Counted from the stretch's first letter, positions 40,579-52,520 are shown. The stretch is DNA of 64,000 bases from an uncultured Gammaproteobacteria bacterium (GCA_963773065.1 CAVYZN010000016.1:80904-144903); one strand, 5' to 3'. Translations and numbers: made by a program. Notes: generated by a model from the sequence alone, not told the origin.

Positions 40579-43047
40579 TCACGTCGCTGTTCCGGGTGAT
40601 CCGGCGTGCGGCTGATGCTTATCGCGACAGTCAGCCGTGCCCTTGGCGGATAACCCCTTATTTAATATCCATTGCAGGGGGACAACCGCGGCCCTCCCGG
40701 TCCAGTTCACCGCGGTGCTGAACAAGTCGCGCAGCCTGTTTCCGGAATCGTGATCATTCCCTTCCAATTCAAACACCACATCCGTTGCCGCACCCGACGG
40801 GTCAAGATAGCCCTGAAAACCGGTGGCGCCGATACGGGCATGAAAGGGGGAACGCATCGTCTTTCCCCCGCGGATCTGACTGGAGAGAGAAACCTCCGTG
40901 ATTTCCACCGGCTTGATGAGGAGATGTTCTATGGCCAGTTCGATGTCCGCATTCTTGATCTCGACACGCTTGGGGAGGATGGGCATGTCGATGGCAATAC
41001 CCTTTTTCGCAGCATCCCCATCGCCGGACTTGAGTACCGGTAATAGCCCGTCAAGATCGGCGGGGTCCAGCGCATCGACGTGCATGCTCGCATGGAGCAG
41101 GGGTATTTGCTCATCCACGGACCAATCCAGGTCACCGTTGAGTTGCGTCTTCCCGGTACTTGCCTGGAGAAACTGCAGGCGTCCGACATTTTCAGAAAGT
41201 ATCAGTTGACCACGGGCGGTATAGGACGCCTCCGCGCAGGGCGAGACTCCGAACCAGTCGGCGAGATCGCCAATGCGTTTACCGGAGAGATGCAGATTCA
41301 GCCGGGTTTGTGTATGATCCGCGCGCGCTTGCCAGCGAGCCGTTGATGCCAAACGCGGCGCCGCCCCCGGTGGCGGACAAGTCGACAGGCCAGCCTTCGC
41401 GCTTGAGGAGCGCTTCCAGGCCGCCCCCGGTGAATTCGATAGTTAAAGGGGTCGTTGAGCAAGGTTCCCTGCGCGCTCACCGACATTTCCTTACCCCCGG
41501 GAATCGTCAACGCCAGATCATCCAGCGTGAGATCGACAGGCTTTCCGCCGGCGACATTACCGTACGAGAGTTGCGCGCCGGTTAGGTTCAGTCCGATGTC
41601 AAACCCGTTCAGGAAATCCACCGTGCGGGCATCGCTCGTGGCGGCATGGAACTCGATCTGATTGAATCTGCCCCGGATGCCTTCGATCCCCGTCAGACTC
41701 TCGGCGAGCTTTGCTGCGTTGGCATCCGTGGCGGTGAGTCCCAATTTCAGCACGGGACCGTCACCCTGCCGGTTCACTGCCAGGTCACCGTGGAAAGGTA
41801 CTTCGGCAATGGTTGCATCCAGCGGCGCGCTCAGCCGCCCGTCCCGCACGGACAGCCTCAGGCTGGCATTGCGGATAGCGACCGGGGTATGAATGAACTC
41901 CTGAACGGTGATCGCGGCATTGATATCGACAGCCTCGAGCCACCCAGGGACATCCGCCGAACGCCCCGCCGGTGATCCAGCGGTCTGGTGACGGGGAGAT
42001 GATCCATCCGCCGCATGCGATGACCCGGTAGCGGAGAGGAGCGCCGCATCGAGCGCCGATACCCGCAGGTCACCGGTGATGCGTGGCCGCGGTGCATCGA
42101 AGCGCGCGGATAACTGCCCCCGCAGCGCGGATTGCCCGAACCTGGCCACGATGTCCATGAGATCCAAACCGGAATCCGAAGCCGCCAGCCGGCCACGCAT
42201 CATGGCTTCTCCGATGGCAGGCAGACGCTCGCCATGCAGCTCAAATTCCATTGCAGGCCCGTGTTCTGGATGCGACGCGTCCACTGTGCCGTTCAGCGCC
42301 AGGCTTGCGCCCGCGATGGTCGCCGTGATTTGCAGCGGCCAGTTTTCGGAGGAATGCCAGCAGTTCCGAGAGAGTTCCGCCTGTCAGGTTTGCAACATAG
42401 GGTTCCTGTCCAATGCCGCCACGGATCAGCAGGTCAAGGGGCTGGTCGAGCAGGGAGCTGCCGCTGATCTCATCGAGTTTGATCCGATAATGTTGGCCCG
42501 TTCTGTCATCCCGGTAGGACAAGACGATATTGAGCAGGGACAGATCCCGCAGTTCCTGCTGCCGGATCACCGGCGCTTCGCTTCTCGGTGTCATAGGTGA
42601 TGGCGCGTGATCGGTCGATGCCCGGGCATCGGCATGGCGCCAGTTACGTGAACCATCCCCGCGGGTTTCCAGCGTGATGCTGACGTCCTGAATCAGGAGT
42701 CGTGCGATGTAGGGCCTGCCCCTCAGCAAGGCTATGAGTCCGAGCCTCGCCTCCACCCGATCGGCCTGCAGAAGGTCCGTGCCATCCTGTCCACCGGAAC
42801 CGGCGATACCCAAGCCGTGCACCACGACGGTTGGACCGAGTGTGGGTCTTAATTCAATCGGTCCGCCGATGCGGACTTCCCGGCCGAGCGCGCGGGATGC
42901 CGCAGTCTCTATGGGATCCCGGAGGACATCGAGACGGACGGTAACACCCAGGGCCAGCACCATCAGCCAGACGATAATCAATCCCGCCAGCAGGGCAGCG
43001 AAGGATGTGGCAATCCGGCGGATCGCACGCTTAAGGCCCTTATTCAT
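40579..43047 (-). CDS. AsmA-family protein (at least two frameshifts)
   Basis: N-terminal TM followed by LRDPIE.A.SRALGREVRI.G.I; repeated beta-rich AsmA-like segments across ORFs 42241-43152, 41298-42284 and 40579-41352. Confidence 0.7.
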
Positions 43048-43296
43048 CGAGCAGGTATTCTGCGCCTCATGGGGTGTTTCAAGCCAGGAGAACCGACCGA
43101 AATCCGCGCCGACTGAGCATGCAAGATCGGAGAATGATTGATTGCAAGCCATGACCCCGATGCGTCTACAGCGCCTTATATTTCATCGCCGGCTATTTGA
43201 ACCGGGATGCCGCCGAAGCTTAGGGTTGGAAATTGCGCGTGGGGACAGTGGCCGGGTGGCGCTCGGGTGAGGGCGCCGCTCCATCACGCGAGCCGG

Positions 43297-44565
43297 TTAT
43301 TGCAGGGAGGTGATATGGCTGTGGTTGCCCGCAGCCGGTGTGCCCTGGTCTGCGTACTTGCGTCTTAACAGGCGAGTCAGGAACGCCATGAAAGTGCGTG
43401 GCTTGAATCTGAAAGGATCGAATTTACTTTCCCGCGAAAACCCCTGTGGCAACGCACGGCCAGGCGCTGCGTCGAGTTCCTCGATGACCGTACCGAGATA
43501 GACAGCCGCGGCCGGAACGGGGGCAATCCCGCCCATGCGGGGTTTCAGGTACCCGATGTTTTCCACGCGTTTCGCCAGTGACGGCATGGGATCATCCCAG
43601 CGCGGTTCTCTGTCCATGGCCTTCTTCAGCCACTCCAAACCCCGGTCGCCCTGCAGCCCGGCGCGTAACACCGAAGCCATCCCCGCATGCGGTTTCAGCA
43701 TGGCCTCCCGCACACGCGCCGAAAGTTTCCTGTACACCGGCCAGAATTTCTCCTCGAGGTACAGGCGGCATACCGTCTCGACCGTGATCGTGTCAAGCAC
43801 CTCCTCGTCGCTGCACACTTCCATCGCATAGCTGTCTGCCGCCAGTTCGTCGAGGCGGGCGGCGGGCAGGCTGATCGATTCGTAGAGTGGTGCAAAGACC
43901 GAGAAGAACCAGCGCACCGGCTGGAAGCCGGGGTCTGCAGCTTTGGTTGCGATACCATACAGTGGCCAGATCCGGCGCAGTTGATAGAGCCAGTTCCCCA
44001 GCGGGTTGTGGCGTTTCGAGAATTGGCCCAGTCGGCGTGCCAGCGCGCAGCGAAACTGGGCAGCGGAAAGACTCTGCATCAGCGGCAGGCCGATGACCAG
44101 CGTGTTCATCGACCACACGGGCAGGGCCCAGCACGGGGTCTTCACGACCTCGAGTGCAAACGCGCCGGTTATCACCATGCGGTCGATCCGGGGATGACGG
44201 TAATGCCTGTGCAGTTCTTCCACCAGTTCGAAGAGTGCGGGCGCCTTTTTCCGATCGAGTACGATGCCTGCGGGTAATGCCGGCCTGAACTGTGCCACGC
44301 GGTAGGTAACCAGCGCGGAGAATACCGTTACGGCTGACCAGACGATCAAATGGGTCCAGGCGACAGCCGGCTGGCCGATCAGGGCATCATAGCTGCCCGA
44401 GACGCCCGCCAGTACCAGCCATGGAAACAACAGCAGCCAGCCATAGCCGGCGACCGCGAAGCCGGTTACCACCAGCAGATAGCCGCGAGGGTATGTCTCC
44501 GCAAGGGATTCGATTCCGGTACCGATATGCTGCAGGAGTGACTGTCTCCATCCCGTCTCTGACAT
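43297..44565 (-). CDS. M48/HtpX-like membrane protein lacking HExxH
   Basis: AP.LF.LV.EL, LVIGLPLMQSLS..QFR.AL[ARRLGQ]F, ELAAD, P.L..R. Confidence 0.75.
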   Translation of the reverse strand: MSETGWRQSLLQHIGTGIESLAETYPRGYLLVVTGFAVAGYGWLLLFPWLVLAGVSGSYDALIGQPAVAWTHLIVWSAVTVFSALVTYRVAQFRPALPAGIVLDRKKAPALFELVEELHRHYRHPRIDRMVITGAFALEVVKTPCWALPVWSMNTLVIGLPLMQSLSAAQFRCALARRLGQFSKRHNPLGNWLYQLRRIWPLYGIATKAADPGFQPVRWFFSVFAPLYESISLPAARLDELAADSYAMEVCSDEEVLDTITVETVCRLYLEEKFWPVYRKLSARVREAMLKPHAGMASVLRAGLQGDRGLEWLKKAMDREPRWDDPMPSLAKRVENIGYLKPRMGGIAPVPAAAVYLGTVIEELDAAPGRALPQGFSRESKFDPFRFKPRTFMAFLTRLLRRKYADQGTPAAGNHSHITSLQ

Positions 44566-44716
44566 GGCATTGCCTCGACCGACCGTGTGTACGGTGACTG
44601 TGTATTACCTAGGGAACCAGAGTAACGCTCCGCCGGATTCATGCCGAGACGGTAGTCACGCTTCGTGCATGCGGTCTTGCCATGGTAGGCGATTCCGCCT
44701 GTTAAATCAGTTTCGC

Positions 44717-46988
44717 TCAATAAGTGACCGCATGCATGGCTTTGCGTGTAATCAATAATAGGTCGGCGATAGTAAATACATCAGCAGGCGAAGTGGCTGG
44801 CGCACCATTGACCAGGGGCGCTACGTTACCGCGCGCCAATTGGTCGGATGTCAGCGTTACCAGCCCTAACACGGCACGGTTTGCGATAAGCACATCAGCC
44901 GCATTTACCACCCTGTCGTTGTTGATGTCGCCCCATACCGGAAAATTGGTTTGGGATAAGGGGTCGTAATTGGCCGCCACTTCCGTTCCATCCTTGAAAC
45001 CGTCGCCATCCGTGTCTTTATTCAAGGGATTGGTACCGGTACTTCTAACTTCATTGAAGTCGGTCAGCCAGTCGCCGTCGGTGTCGCTTGAGAGCGGGTT
45101 AAGGTCCTGGGCGGGATCATAGGACAAGGCATCACCGTCCCAGGCAACTTCCTCGTAGTCGGAGAGGCCGTCGCCATCGGTGTCGATATTGGTTGGACTG
45201 GTGCCGATGCTCGCTTCAAGGGTGTCGGACAATCCGTCATTGTCACGGTCCGTTTCACAGAGCCCCACGATGCCGTCACCGTCATCATCCTCATCCAGCT
45301 CTCCCTTGTCGATAGCGAGCAGGTAACTCTCCGGAATATGCCCCGGCGCGTAATCGCGGTAGCGGTGATAACGCGCCAGATCCGGATTCGCGTCCAGCAA
45401 TTCCGCCAGCGGCAGCAAGGCGGCCTTGAGATCCGCCTCGGTCTTTGCGTTGCTGACTGAGCAGACCAGCGTTGTGTACTGGGTAATGATGGCCTCGTTG
45501 AGCGGAGTGATGAGTGAGGTGTATTCACCGTAGGTCAGGCCACCCAGCTCTATGTTGACCTTGCCCGCGTAGTTGGGATCGCCGTAACACGGGATGCTGG
45601 CGGGGTCCGCATGGCGAAATTCATCCGCCAGTTCGCTGTAGTGCCAGTACATGGAGACCTCGTAGAGCAGGCCGCTCTCATTCGGACCCTTGGTGGTGTC
45701 GTCGGCCGTGACGACGCCGACGCCGCCGATCTTCGCGACGGTAAACGCCTTGGCAAAGGTGCCGCCGATGCGTTGACCGTTTCTTGCTCAACGGGCAGGT
45801 AATCGATCTTGTTGCCGCCCGACAGGCCATTGCTGGCGGGCTGCAGCGTATAGGCGGCGTTGCCGCTGCCGTTGTCGACCTTCAGCAACTGCACGGTCAA
45901 GCGCGCCGTTGCGCCAGCGGTAGCCGGACTGCCTTCAGTGCTATACAGCGCGGTGATATGCAGGTTCTTCGCCGGATCGCGCAGATAGTCCAGCGGTGGC
46001 GGCGATTGCGGATCCGCGCCATTGCAAGTGGAATAGGTGTGCGGCGTCAGCGTACCCGCCTGGTAGGTGGCCACGGCCGCTTCCGCCCGCGTCAGGGTTG
46101 CCCGGTCCGTGTAGCAGAGCTTCTCCCGGTAGTCATGCAATCCCAGCACACACGCCGAGCGCGTGGCGTGGATGCCCGCATAGAGTATCGCTCGCCGCTC
46201 AAAGCCGACACGCAGCGTCGGTATCCGAACTGAGTCCGTGCTGGACCGCATACGCCCCGGTGGGGCAGGTGGCCGGGTCGCTACCGTAGATGCCCGCCAG
46301 GGTGAAGACGAGACCGCCGCCATTGACGGTATCCACCAGCGCCGAGGGCGCTGTCCCGCTCTCGAGCTGGCTGGTGATCATGTCCTGGTAGGCAACGACC
46401 GGCCAGGTGCGGCAGCCGATCTGCAGGATGCCGCCGTTGGAGCGGTCCGCATTGGCCAGCACCACGATGAACTTCTGGTTCGAATCGAACGGCGTGGAGC
46501 CACCCAGGGCATAGACCTTCGAGGCCATGCCGGCTTCCGGGTTGCCATTGGCGTCGGTCTGCAGGGTGTCATAGGCGCGGTTCAGCTCGCCTTCAACCGC
46601 AGCGAGGCATTTACCGTCAACCTCTACCCCGACTTCATTGGGACACATTGCCACAGGGAGAAACGCCCTTATATTCAGGCGCCAGACTGGCGAGTCCCCG
46701 TCGGGGCTCGAGCCGGAAGAGATCCACGTAAGTGACTCCGTTGACGGTGTCGTAGTCGTGAAAGTGACCATCGACCCCGCGCCCCAGTCCGTCACCTAGT
46801 GTGACGTTATAGCCCTGGCTTTGCTTGACTGTGGAATTTGTTGCCGTCGTGCCATTATGGGGACTGTCGGTGTGCACCTCGATATGGCCGTTTAAAAACG
46901 ACATGGGGGCCACGACGTCGGTGGCATAGGCGGGATAGACGATTGACAGAAGAAGTAATGCAGCAAGATGGGTGGCTATTTTGTTCAT
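44717..46988 (-). CDS. Large secreted protein with Ca-binding DxDxDG (TSP3-like) repeats and a dockerin-like C-terminus (several frameshifts)
   Basis: Signal peptide; repeated DTDGDG..D..E...GT.P; GDINND..VNAADV...D...IADLLLI.R. Confidence 0.7.
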
Positions 46989-47331
46989 TGTTTTCACTTT
47001 GTCTGCAGATAACGGAATGAGCATGACGCATCTGCTGATTTATAAGGTATTTTCAATACAGAGAAGTACCACAGAAGACAAAGTGTTTCCAGTTTATATG
47101 ACCTGGGCAAATGCCAAGGCGTGTGCGGAGCGAATGCGATCTGTGACAGACCACGATTTCCGCATTCCAGATACACGACGACCATGGCCAAGTTTCGTGT
47201 AAATCGTAATCTGTGCTCGATTCACAAGGCGTGATTTGTCCTCGCACGCCAGATGGTAAGTCGCGGCGGGACGGCATCTGTGAGATAATGCCGAGCTTTA
47301 CCTCATCACCTACCTACTCTGGATACACGCC

Positions 47332-48972
47332 GTGTTAGCCACAGCCAATATCACCATGCAATTCGGGGCCAAGCCCCTGTTCGAAAACATCTCGGTCAAA
47401 TTCGGCGACGGCAACCGTTACGGCCTGATCGGCGCCAACGGCTGTGGCAAGTCGACACTGATGAAGATTCTCGGCGGCGATCTCGATCCGACCGCGGGCA
47501 ATGTCTCGGTCGACGCCAATGAGCGCATCGGCAAACTGCGCCAGGATCAGTTCGCCTTTGAGAACCACACGGTGATCGACACCATCATCATGGGGCATGC
47601 CCGCCTCTGGACCGTGAAACAGGAACGCGACCGCATCTATGGTCTCACCGAGATGAGCGAAACCGACGGCATGAAGGTCGCCGATCTGGAGGTCGAGTTC
47701 GCCGAACTGGACGGATACACCGCCGAGGCGCGCGCCGGCGAACTGTTGCTCGGCGTCGGCATTCCGATCGAGCAGCACTTCGGGCCGATGAGCGCCGTGG
47801 CGCCGGGCTGGAAGTTGCGCGTACTGCTGGCGCAGGCGCTGTTCGCCGATCCCGACATCATGCTGCTCGACGAGCCGACCAACAACCTTGACATCAACAC
47901 CATCCGCTGGCTCGAAGAAGTGCTCAACGAGCGCAACAGCACCATCATTATCATCTCGCATGACCGTCACTTTCTTAACCGCGTCTGCACTCACATGGCC
48001 GATCTCGATTACGGCGAGCTGCGCGTCTACCCCGGCAACTACGACGAGTACATGACCGCGGCCAGCCAGGCGCGCGAGCAGCAGTACGCCGACAACGCCA
48101 GGAAGAAGGCCCAGATCGCCGAATTGCAGACCTTCGTCAGTCGCTTCTCCGCCAACGCCTCCAAGGCCAGGCAGGCCACCTCGCGCGCCCGGCAGATCGA
48201 GAAGATCAAACTCGAAGACATCAAGCCATCGAGCCGCGTCAATCCGTTCATCCGCTTCGAGCAGGACAAGAAGCTTTATCGTCTGGCGCTGGAAGTGAAA
48301 CACCTCTCCCAGGGTTATGACGGGGTCCCCCTGTTCAGTGGCCTCGACCTGACGATCGAAGTCGGCGAGCGCGTCGCCATCATCGGCCCCAACGGCATCG
48401 GCAAGTCCACGCTGCTGCGCACGCTGGTGGAGGAAATGAAACCGCGGCACGGCACGGTCAAATGGTCTGAGAACTCGATCATCGGCTATTTCGCGCAGGA
48501 TCATGCCGCGGATTTCAGCATGAACCTGAATCTATTCGACTGGATGAGCCAGTGGAAGCAACCCGGCGACGACGAGCAGGCCGTGCGCGCCACGCTGGGA
48601 CGCCTTCTGTTCTCGCAGGACGACATCAACAAATTCGTGCAGATCATCTCCGGCGGCGAACAGGGCCGCATGCTGTTCGGCAAACTGATGATGCAGAAGC
48701 CCAACATCCTGGTCATGGACGAACCCACCAACCATCTGGACATGGAATCCATCGAGTCGCTCAACACCGCGCTGGAAAAATATCCCGGCACGCTGCTGTT
48801 TGTCAGCCATGACCGCGAGTTCGTCTCGTCTCTGGCGACGCGCATCATCGAGTTGAGTCCTACCGGTGTAGTGAATTACAACGGCAACTACGAAGACTAC
48901 CTGCACAGCCAGGGCGTGGAAGTGCCGGGCTCACTGCCGGCCGGAAAGAAAGCCACCGGCGGTCGGAAATAA
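47332..48972 (+). CDS. ybiT: ABC-F ATPase YbiT
   Basis: [55 protein letters not shown]. Confidence 0.93.
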   Translation: MLATANITMQFGAKPLFENISVKFGDGNRYGLIGANGCGKSTLMKILGGDLDPTAGNVSVDANERIGKLRQDQFAFENHTVIDTIIMGHARLWTVKQERDRIYGLTEMSETDGMKVADLEVEFAELDGYTAEARAGELLLGVGIPIEQHFGPMSAVAPGWKLRVLLAQALFADPDIMLLDEPTNNLDINTIRWLEEVLNERNSTIIIISHDRHFLNRVCTHMADLDYGELRVYPGNYDEYMTAASQAREQQYADNARKKAQIAELQTFVSRFSANASKARQATSRARQIEKIKLEDIKPSSRVNPFIRFEQDKKLYRLALEVKHLSQGYDGVPLFSGLDLTIEVGERVAIIGPNGIGKSTLLRTLVEEMKPRHGTVKWSENSIIGYFAQDHAADFSMNLNLFDWMSQWKQPGDDEQAVRATLGRLLFSQDDINKFVQIISGGEQGRMLFGKLMMQKPNILVMDEPTNHLDMESIESLNTALEKYPGTLLFVSHDREFVSSLATRIIELSPTGVVNYNGNYEDYLHSQGVEVPGSLPAGKKATGGRK

Positions 48973-49163
48973 CTGTTGGGCGGGTTTCCCGTTCCAGTCC
49001 TTCGCGTCAACTGCCGGAACGGCAGAAAAGCAACGCTACTTCACCTTCTACAACACGCGTCGACCCCCAACCAGTTCTACTTAACAACCTGGGCAGAGCT
49101 GTTCAAACAAACGGGGCCAGCTCTTTTCCCCACATGACTATTGTGGGTGCAGGAGGTTCGACC

Positions 49164-49856
49164 ATGGGACAGATATGGGCTGCGGCTTGGCTTGTGACAT
49201 TCCTTCTGGTGGGCCAGACGACTGCGGCTGACCAGACCCAGAAGGCGGAAACCGCCAAGAGCAAGGCGGAGGTGCTGGAGGAGAAGGCCGCGCCCGAGGG
49301 CAGTCAGGCCCAGAAGGCGGAAACCGCCAAGAGCAAGGCGGAGGTGCTGGAGGAGAAGGCCGCGCCCGAGGGCAGCAAGGTGCTACCGACTCCCGCCCAG
49401 ATCATCACTAAGCCCCAAGCGCAGGCGGTCGATCCGACCGGCGAAGAGTCCTTGGACGATGCGATCACCTGTCTTGCCCGCAGCATCTACTGGGAGGCCA
49501 GGGGTGAGGGTGATGCCGGCATGGAAGCCATCGCCAATGTCGTTATGAACCGGATCGGCCATGAGGGCTTCCCAAACACCATCTGTGGAGTCGTCAAGCA
49601 AGGCCACGAGCAGGGTGCCTGCCAGTTCTCGTGGTGGTGTGATGGCCGTTCGGATGACGCAGCGGAGGAAGAGCCCTACTCGCACGCCAAGGAAATCGCC
49701 CGCAAGGCCCTCAACCGCCAACTCAAGGATAGAACCGGTGGTGCCTTGTATTTCCACCATTGGAAACTAGCCCCCAATTGGTCCAAGGAATATATCAGGA
49801 CGGTCGAGATCGGCGAGCTTGTCTTCTACAAACCGGCTGGCGGCGAGGCCAAATAG
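49164..49856 (+). CDS. SleB/Hydrolase_2 cell wall hydrolase
   Basis: CLARSIYWEARGE, ANVVMNR, FP.TICGVV.Q, CQFSWWCDG, T.GALYFH. Confidence 0.9.
   Translation: MGQIWAAAWLVTFLLVGQTTAADQTQKAETAKSKAEVLEEKAAPEGSQAQKAETAKSKAEVLEEKAAPEGSKVLPTPAQIITKPQAQAVDPTGEESLDDAITCLARSIYWEARGEGDAGMEAIANVVMNRIGHEGFPNTICGVVKQGHEQGACQFSWWCDGRSDDAAEEEPYSHAKEIARKALNRQLKDRTGGALYFHHWKLAPNWSKEYIRTVEIGELVFYKPAGGEAK
49237..49375 (+). repeat. In-frame 72 bp tandem duplication (QKAETAKSKAEVLEEKAAPEGS x2)
   Basis: Identical nucleotide copies starting at 49239 and 49311. Confidence 0.95.
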
Positions 49857-49957
49857 GATTAACACGTACTTCCGCCCTTTTCTAGCATTCAATCCGCTAT
49901 CGATGGAAAATTCAAGGTTAAAATGAGGCTTTGAACAATCAACAATTGGAGAAAGCT

Positions 49958-50140
49958 ATGGATCTCACTGGAATTGGCGGTCTCATAATCTTGATTGCAG
50001 ATATTTATGCAATTGTAATGATTCTGCAGAGTTCGGCAGAGAGTATTGAAAAATTGGTTTGGTCTTTGGTAGTGCTTTTCCTACCACTGATCGGCCTGAT
50101 TATCTGGTACTTGGCGGGGCCAGGTAAGAAACCATTCTGA
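49958..50140 (+). CDS. PLDc_N-domain small membrane protein
   Basis: IADIYAI..I..S.....K.VW.LVVL.LPLIGLIIW...GP. Confidence 0.8.
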   Translation: MDLTGIGGLIILIADIYAIVMILQSSAESIEKLVWSLVVLFLPLIGLIIWYLAGPGKKPF

Positions 50141-50402
50141 TCGAGTGAAATGATTCGAGCGAGGCTTTCCGGTCACTGTCAACGTGCAGTGTGAGCGTAA
50201 GCCCTTTCGCGCTCAGGTTCAGATCGGGTCAGTCTCGGTGTCGAACGTGCCAGGGTTCTGGCTAGGGCATTAAAGTGCCATCCGGCCGTTCTGCTTTTTC
50301 CAGGGTTGGGACATTAATCAAGAATCCGCGGCATAATAAGGCACCCCAATGTGGCTCGGTGTCAGATCAAAATGGCACTGACTTAAGCGGCTCCACCATC
50401 GA

Positions 50403-50528
50403 TGTAGGGCGGGTTAGGCACGCAGTCTGTGCCGTAACCCGCCGGATGTGCCGGAGGCACGCATTAAAAACGCGTTGTGTTGCTGTGCAACGCCTGGTGG
50501 GTTACGCAAAAAATGCTAACCCACCCTT
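50403..50528. repeat. GTAG-type REP doublet
   Basis: GTAGGGCGGGTTA...TAACCCGCC and GGTGGGTTA...TAACCCACC. Confidence 0.7.
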
Positions 50529-50607
50529 GTATTGTGAAATTGTAGGTGCCATTCGGTTTTGATCTCTTTTTCTGAAACGTTGGCAGTAATGACGGAGAAC
50601 CAAGCGC

Positions 50608-50868
50608 ATGGCGAAACTCGGGACAGAGAAACATCCGGCCGTGGTTAGAGTTGCCACCCAGGAAAGGGCCGAGGAAATCCTGGCCATCTGCAATGCAAAT
50701 GGCTGGCAGGTGATCGCCGGTATTGAACCTGGTGAACCGGAAGACATCAGTGATGTCGAGCGACTGCTGAATCCATCCGAACCGTATCTGGCGCAAGCAT
50801 CGATTGGGCGGAATGAACCATGCCCCTGTGGAAGCGGAAGGAAGTCTAAAAAGTGTTGCGGCCCATAG
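50608..50868 (+). CDS. SEC-C metal-binding motif protein (PBPRA1643-like)
   Basis: KLGT.K.P..VRV.T.ERA; [17 protein letters not shown]. Confidence 0.85.
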   Translation: MAKLGTEKHPAVVRVATQERAEEILAICNANGWQVIAGIEPGEPEDISDVERLLNPSEPYLAQASIGRNEPCPCGSGRKSKKCCGP

Positions 50869-50896
50869 AGGGTACACAGGCACTCGTAAAATGAAT

Positions 50897-50940
50897 CCGC
50901 CAACCAACGGGTCCAGCGTACGCTGACCCGCAATGATGGC
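50897..50940 (+). other. Degenerate, shortened attC-like site
   Basis: CCAACCAACGGGTCCAGCG-TA-CGCTGACCCG hairpin with an extra-helical base; right core decayed. Confidence 0.4.
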
Positions 50941-50968
50941 GAGAAGAGAACAAGGAGAAATGGCGTAG

Positions 50969-51211
50969 ATGCCCACTATCCTGAGGGTAGGACCGTATCG
51001 GTTCTTCTTTTACGCAGGAGATGGATACGAGCCGATACACGTGCATGTTGAGCGAGATGACAATATTGCGAAATTCTGGCTCGATCCAGTTCGCTTGCAG
51101 AGAAGCGGAGGATTCCGACGCCCGGAGATAGCGCGTATCATGAAGATGATTGAAGAGCACCGTACAGAAATTATGGAGGCCTGGCATGAGTACTTCGGCA
51201 GTCGAACTTGA
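50969..51211 (+). CDS. DUF4160 toxin-like protein
   Basis: MPTILRVGPYRFFFY..D..EP.HVHV....AKFWL.PV.L. Confidence 0.88.
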   Translation: MPTILRVGPYRFFFYAGDGYEPIHVHVERDDNIAKFWLDPVRLQRSGGFRRPEIARIMKMIEEHRTEIMEAWHEYFGSRT

Positions 51212-52463
51212 AATACCGGATGCCATCGACGTGAAGGTGTCTGACGACACGCTGAGCGTGGAACTGAGTGACGGAAGAACGATTTCCGTCCCTTTGGATT
51301 GGTATCCGCGGCTAACGCATGCCACAGAAGCGGAAAGGAATAATTGGCGAATTATCGGTCGAGGCCACGGGATTCACTGGGAAGATATAGACGAGGACAT
51401 CAGTGTAGAAGGACTCTTGGCCGGGAGGCCATCCGGTGAGAGCCAGTCTTCATTCAAGAAGTGGCTTGAAAGCAAGATAGTCTTCAAGTACTCTGACCCC
51501 TCGATTCCAGAAAATACTGATTCAGGATATTCAGAGAGTGAAGAAATGACTTGGTTGGAACGTCTAACATCAATCGAATTACCTGAGTCAATTAAGAACA
51601 ATGCGATTACAGCAATTGCCAAAGGTATCGGTGGTTTGATTGAGTCAGGCCTAAACTTGCCAAAGGCATATTTGGATGGCCTAACAGCGAAAATCCAAGC
51701 GAAATACGATGCTGAATTAAACATTATCACCGCCGCAGGCAAATCCGCCGCAAATTTGATCGCCGAGAATCCAGAACTAGGTGAGCGTGCTTTGGCGCGC
51801 TATGGAAAGGAGATATATCAACAGCAATTGAACCGCGAATCAATTGCCTGGAAGACATTCGAGGAACTAGAACATACTGTGACTACGACCGAATCCGTAG
51901 ATGCTATAGATCCCGATTGGTTAACACTATTCTGGAAAACTGCGCAGATAAAATCCAATGAAGAGATCCAACGCTATTTCGCCAAGCTACTGGCCAGCGA
52001 AATTTCTGCGCCTAGCTCTATTAGTCCACATACACTTCTAATTCTTTCGGTGCTTACCGGCGGGCTTGCTAAGTCGTTTGAAAGTTTATGCAATATTTCC
52101 ATAGACGATGGCCATTGGGCATTTGTCGTACATCCTGATGTTATGGCCTTCCAGACTATAGGGTCCCTGGAGAGTTATAGCGTTTCGTATGATGATTTAT
52201 TCGATCTGGATGGCGCCGGGCTAATACGCTCAGCTGAGGCACTATATTTGAACTTCAAAGGAGATGACGGCGGTCCTCTAGCTGACGTTGAGTACGCTGG
52301 CTCTCCTGCGGGCTTGCGTTTGGCAGGACATGCGGCGTATCTGATCCAGTTCACAAAAGCCGGCCGTGAGTTAAGGCGGCTTGTCGATAAGCAACGCATT
52401 CAAGCTTATACGGATGCCCTAATCAACAATTTAGGGGGCGATTTTGATCCCCGAGACACCTAA
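51186..52463 (+). CDS. DUF2442 antitoxin fused in frame to a low-GC DUF2806-like protein
   Basis: L.DGRTISVPL.WYPRL..AT..ER..W..IG.G.GIHW..IDEDISV; then Q.NRE.I, D.DWL..F...A...SNEE.Q..FAK.LA.EI..P.S.S..TL. Confidence 0.75.
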   Translation: MSTSAVELEIPDAIDVKVSDDTLSVELSDGRTISVPLDWYPRLTHATEAERNNWRIIGRGHGIHWEDIDEDISVEGLLAGRPSGESQSSFKKWLESKIVFKYSDPSIPENTDSGYSESEEMTWLERLTSIELPESIKNNAITAIAKGIGGLIESGLNLPKAYLDGLTAKIQAKYDAELNIITAAGKSAANLIAENPELGERALARYGKEIYQQQLNRESIAWKTFEELEHTVTTTESVDAIDPDWLTLFWKTAQIKSNEEIQRYFAKLLASEISAPSSISPHTLLILSVLTGGLAKSFESLCNISIDDGHWAFVVHPDVMAFQTIGSLESYSVSYDDLFDLDGAGLIRSAEALYLNFKGDDGGPLADVEYAGSPAGLRLAGHAAYLIQFTKAGRELRRLVDKQRIQAYTDALINNLGGDFDPRDT

Positions 52464-52520
52464 CGATTCAATGCTGTCAGACGACCAGAAAGCTGGCCGC
52501 TGCTGTTTGGGTCGTTCCGG
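52458..52520 (+). other. attC-like integron recombination site
   Basis: ACCTAAC contains the stop codon; imperfect IR AACGATTCAA / TTGGGTCGTT with central CCAG-AAAG-CTGG hairpin; ends GTT. Confidence 0.6.
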
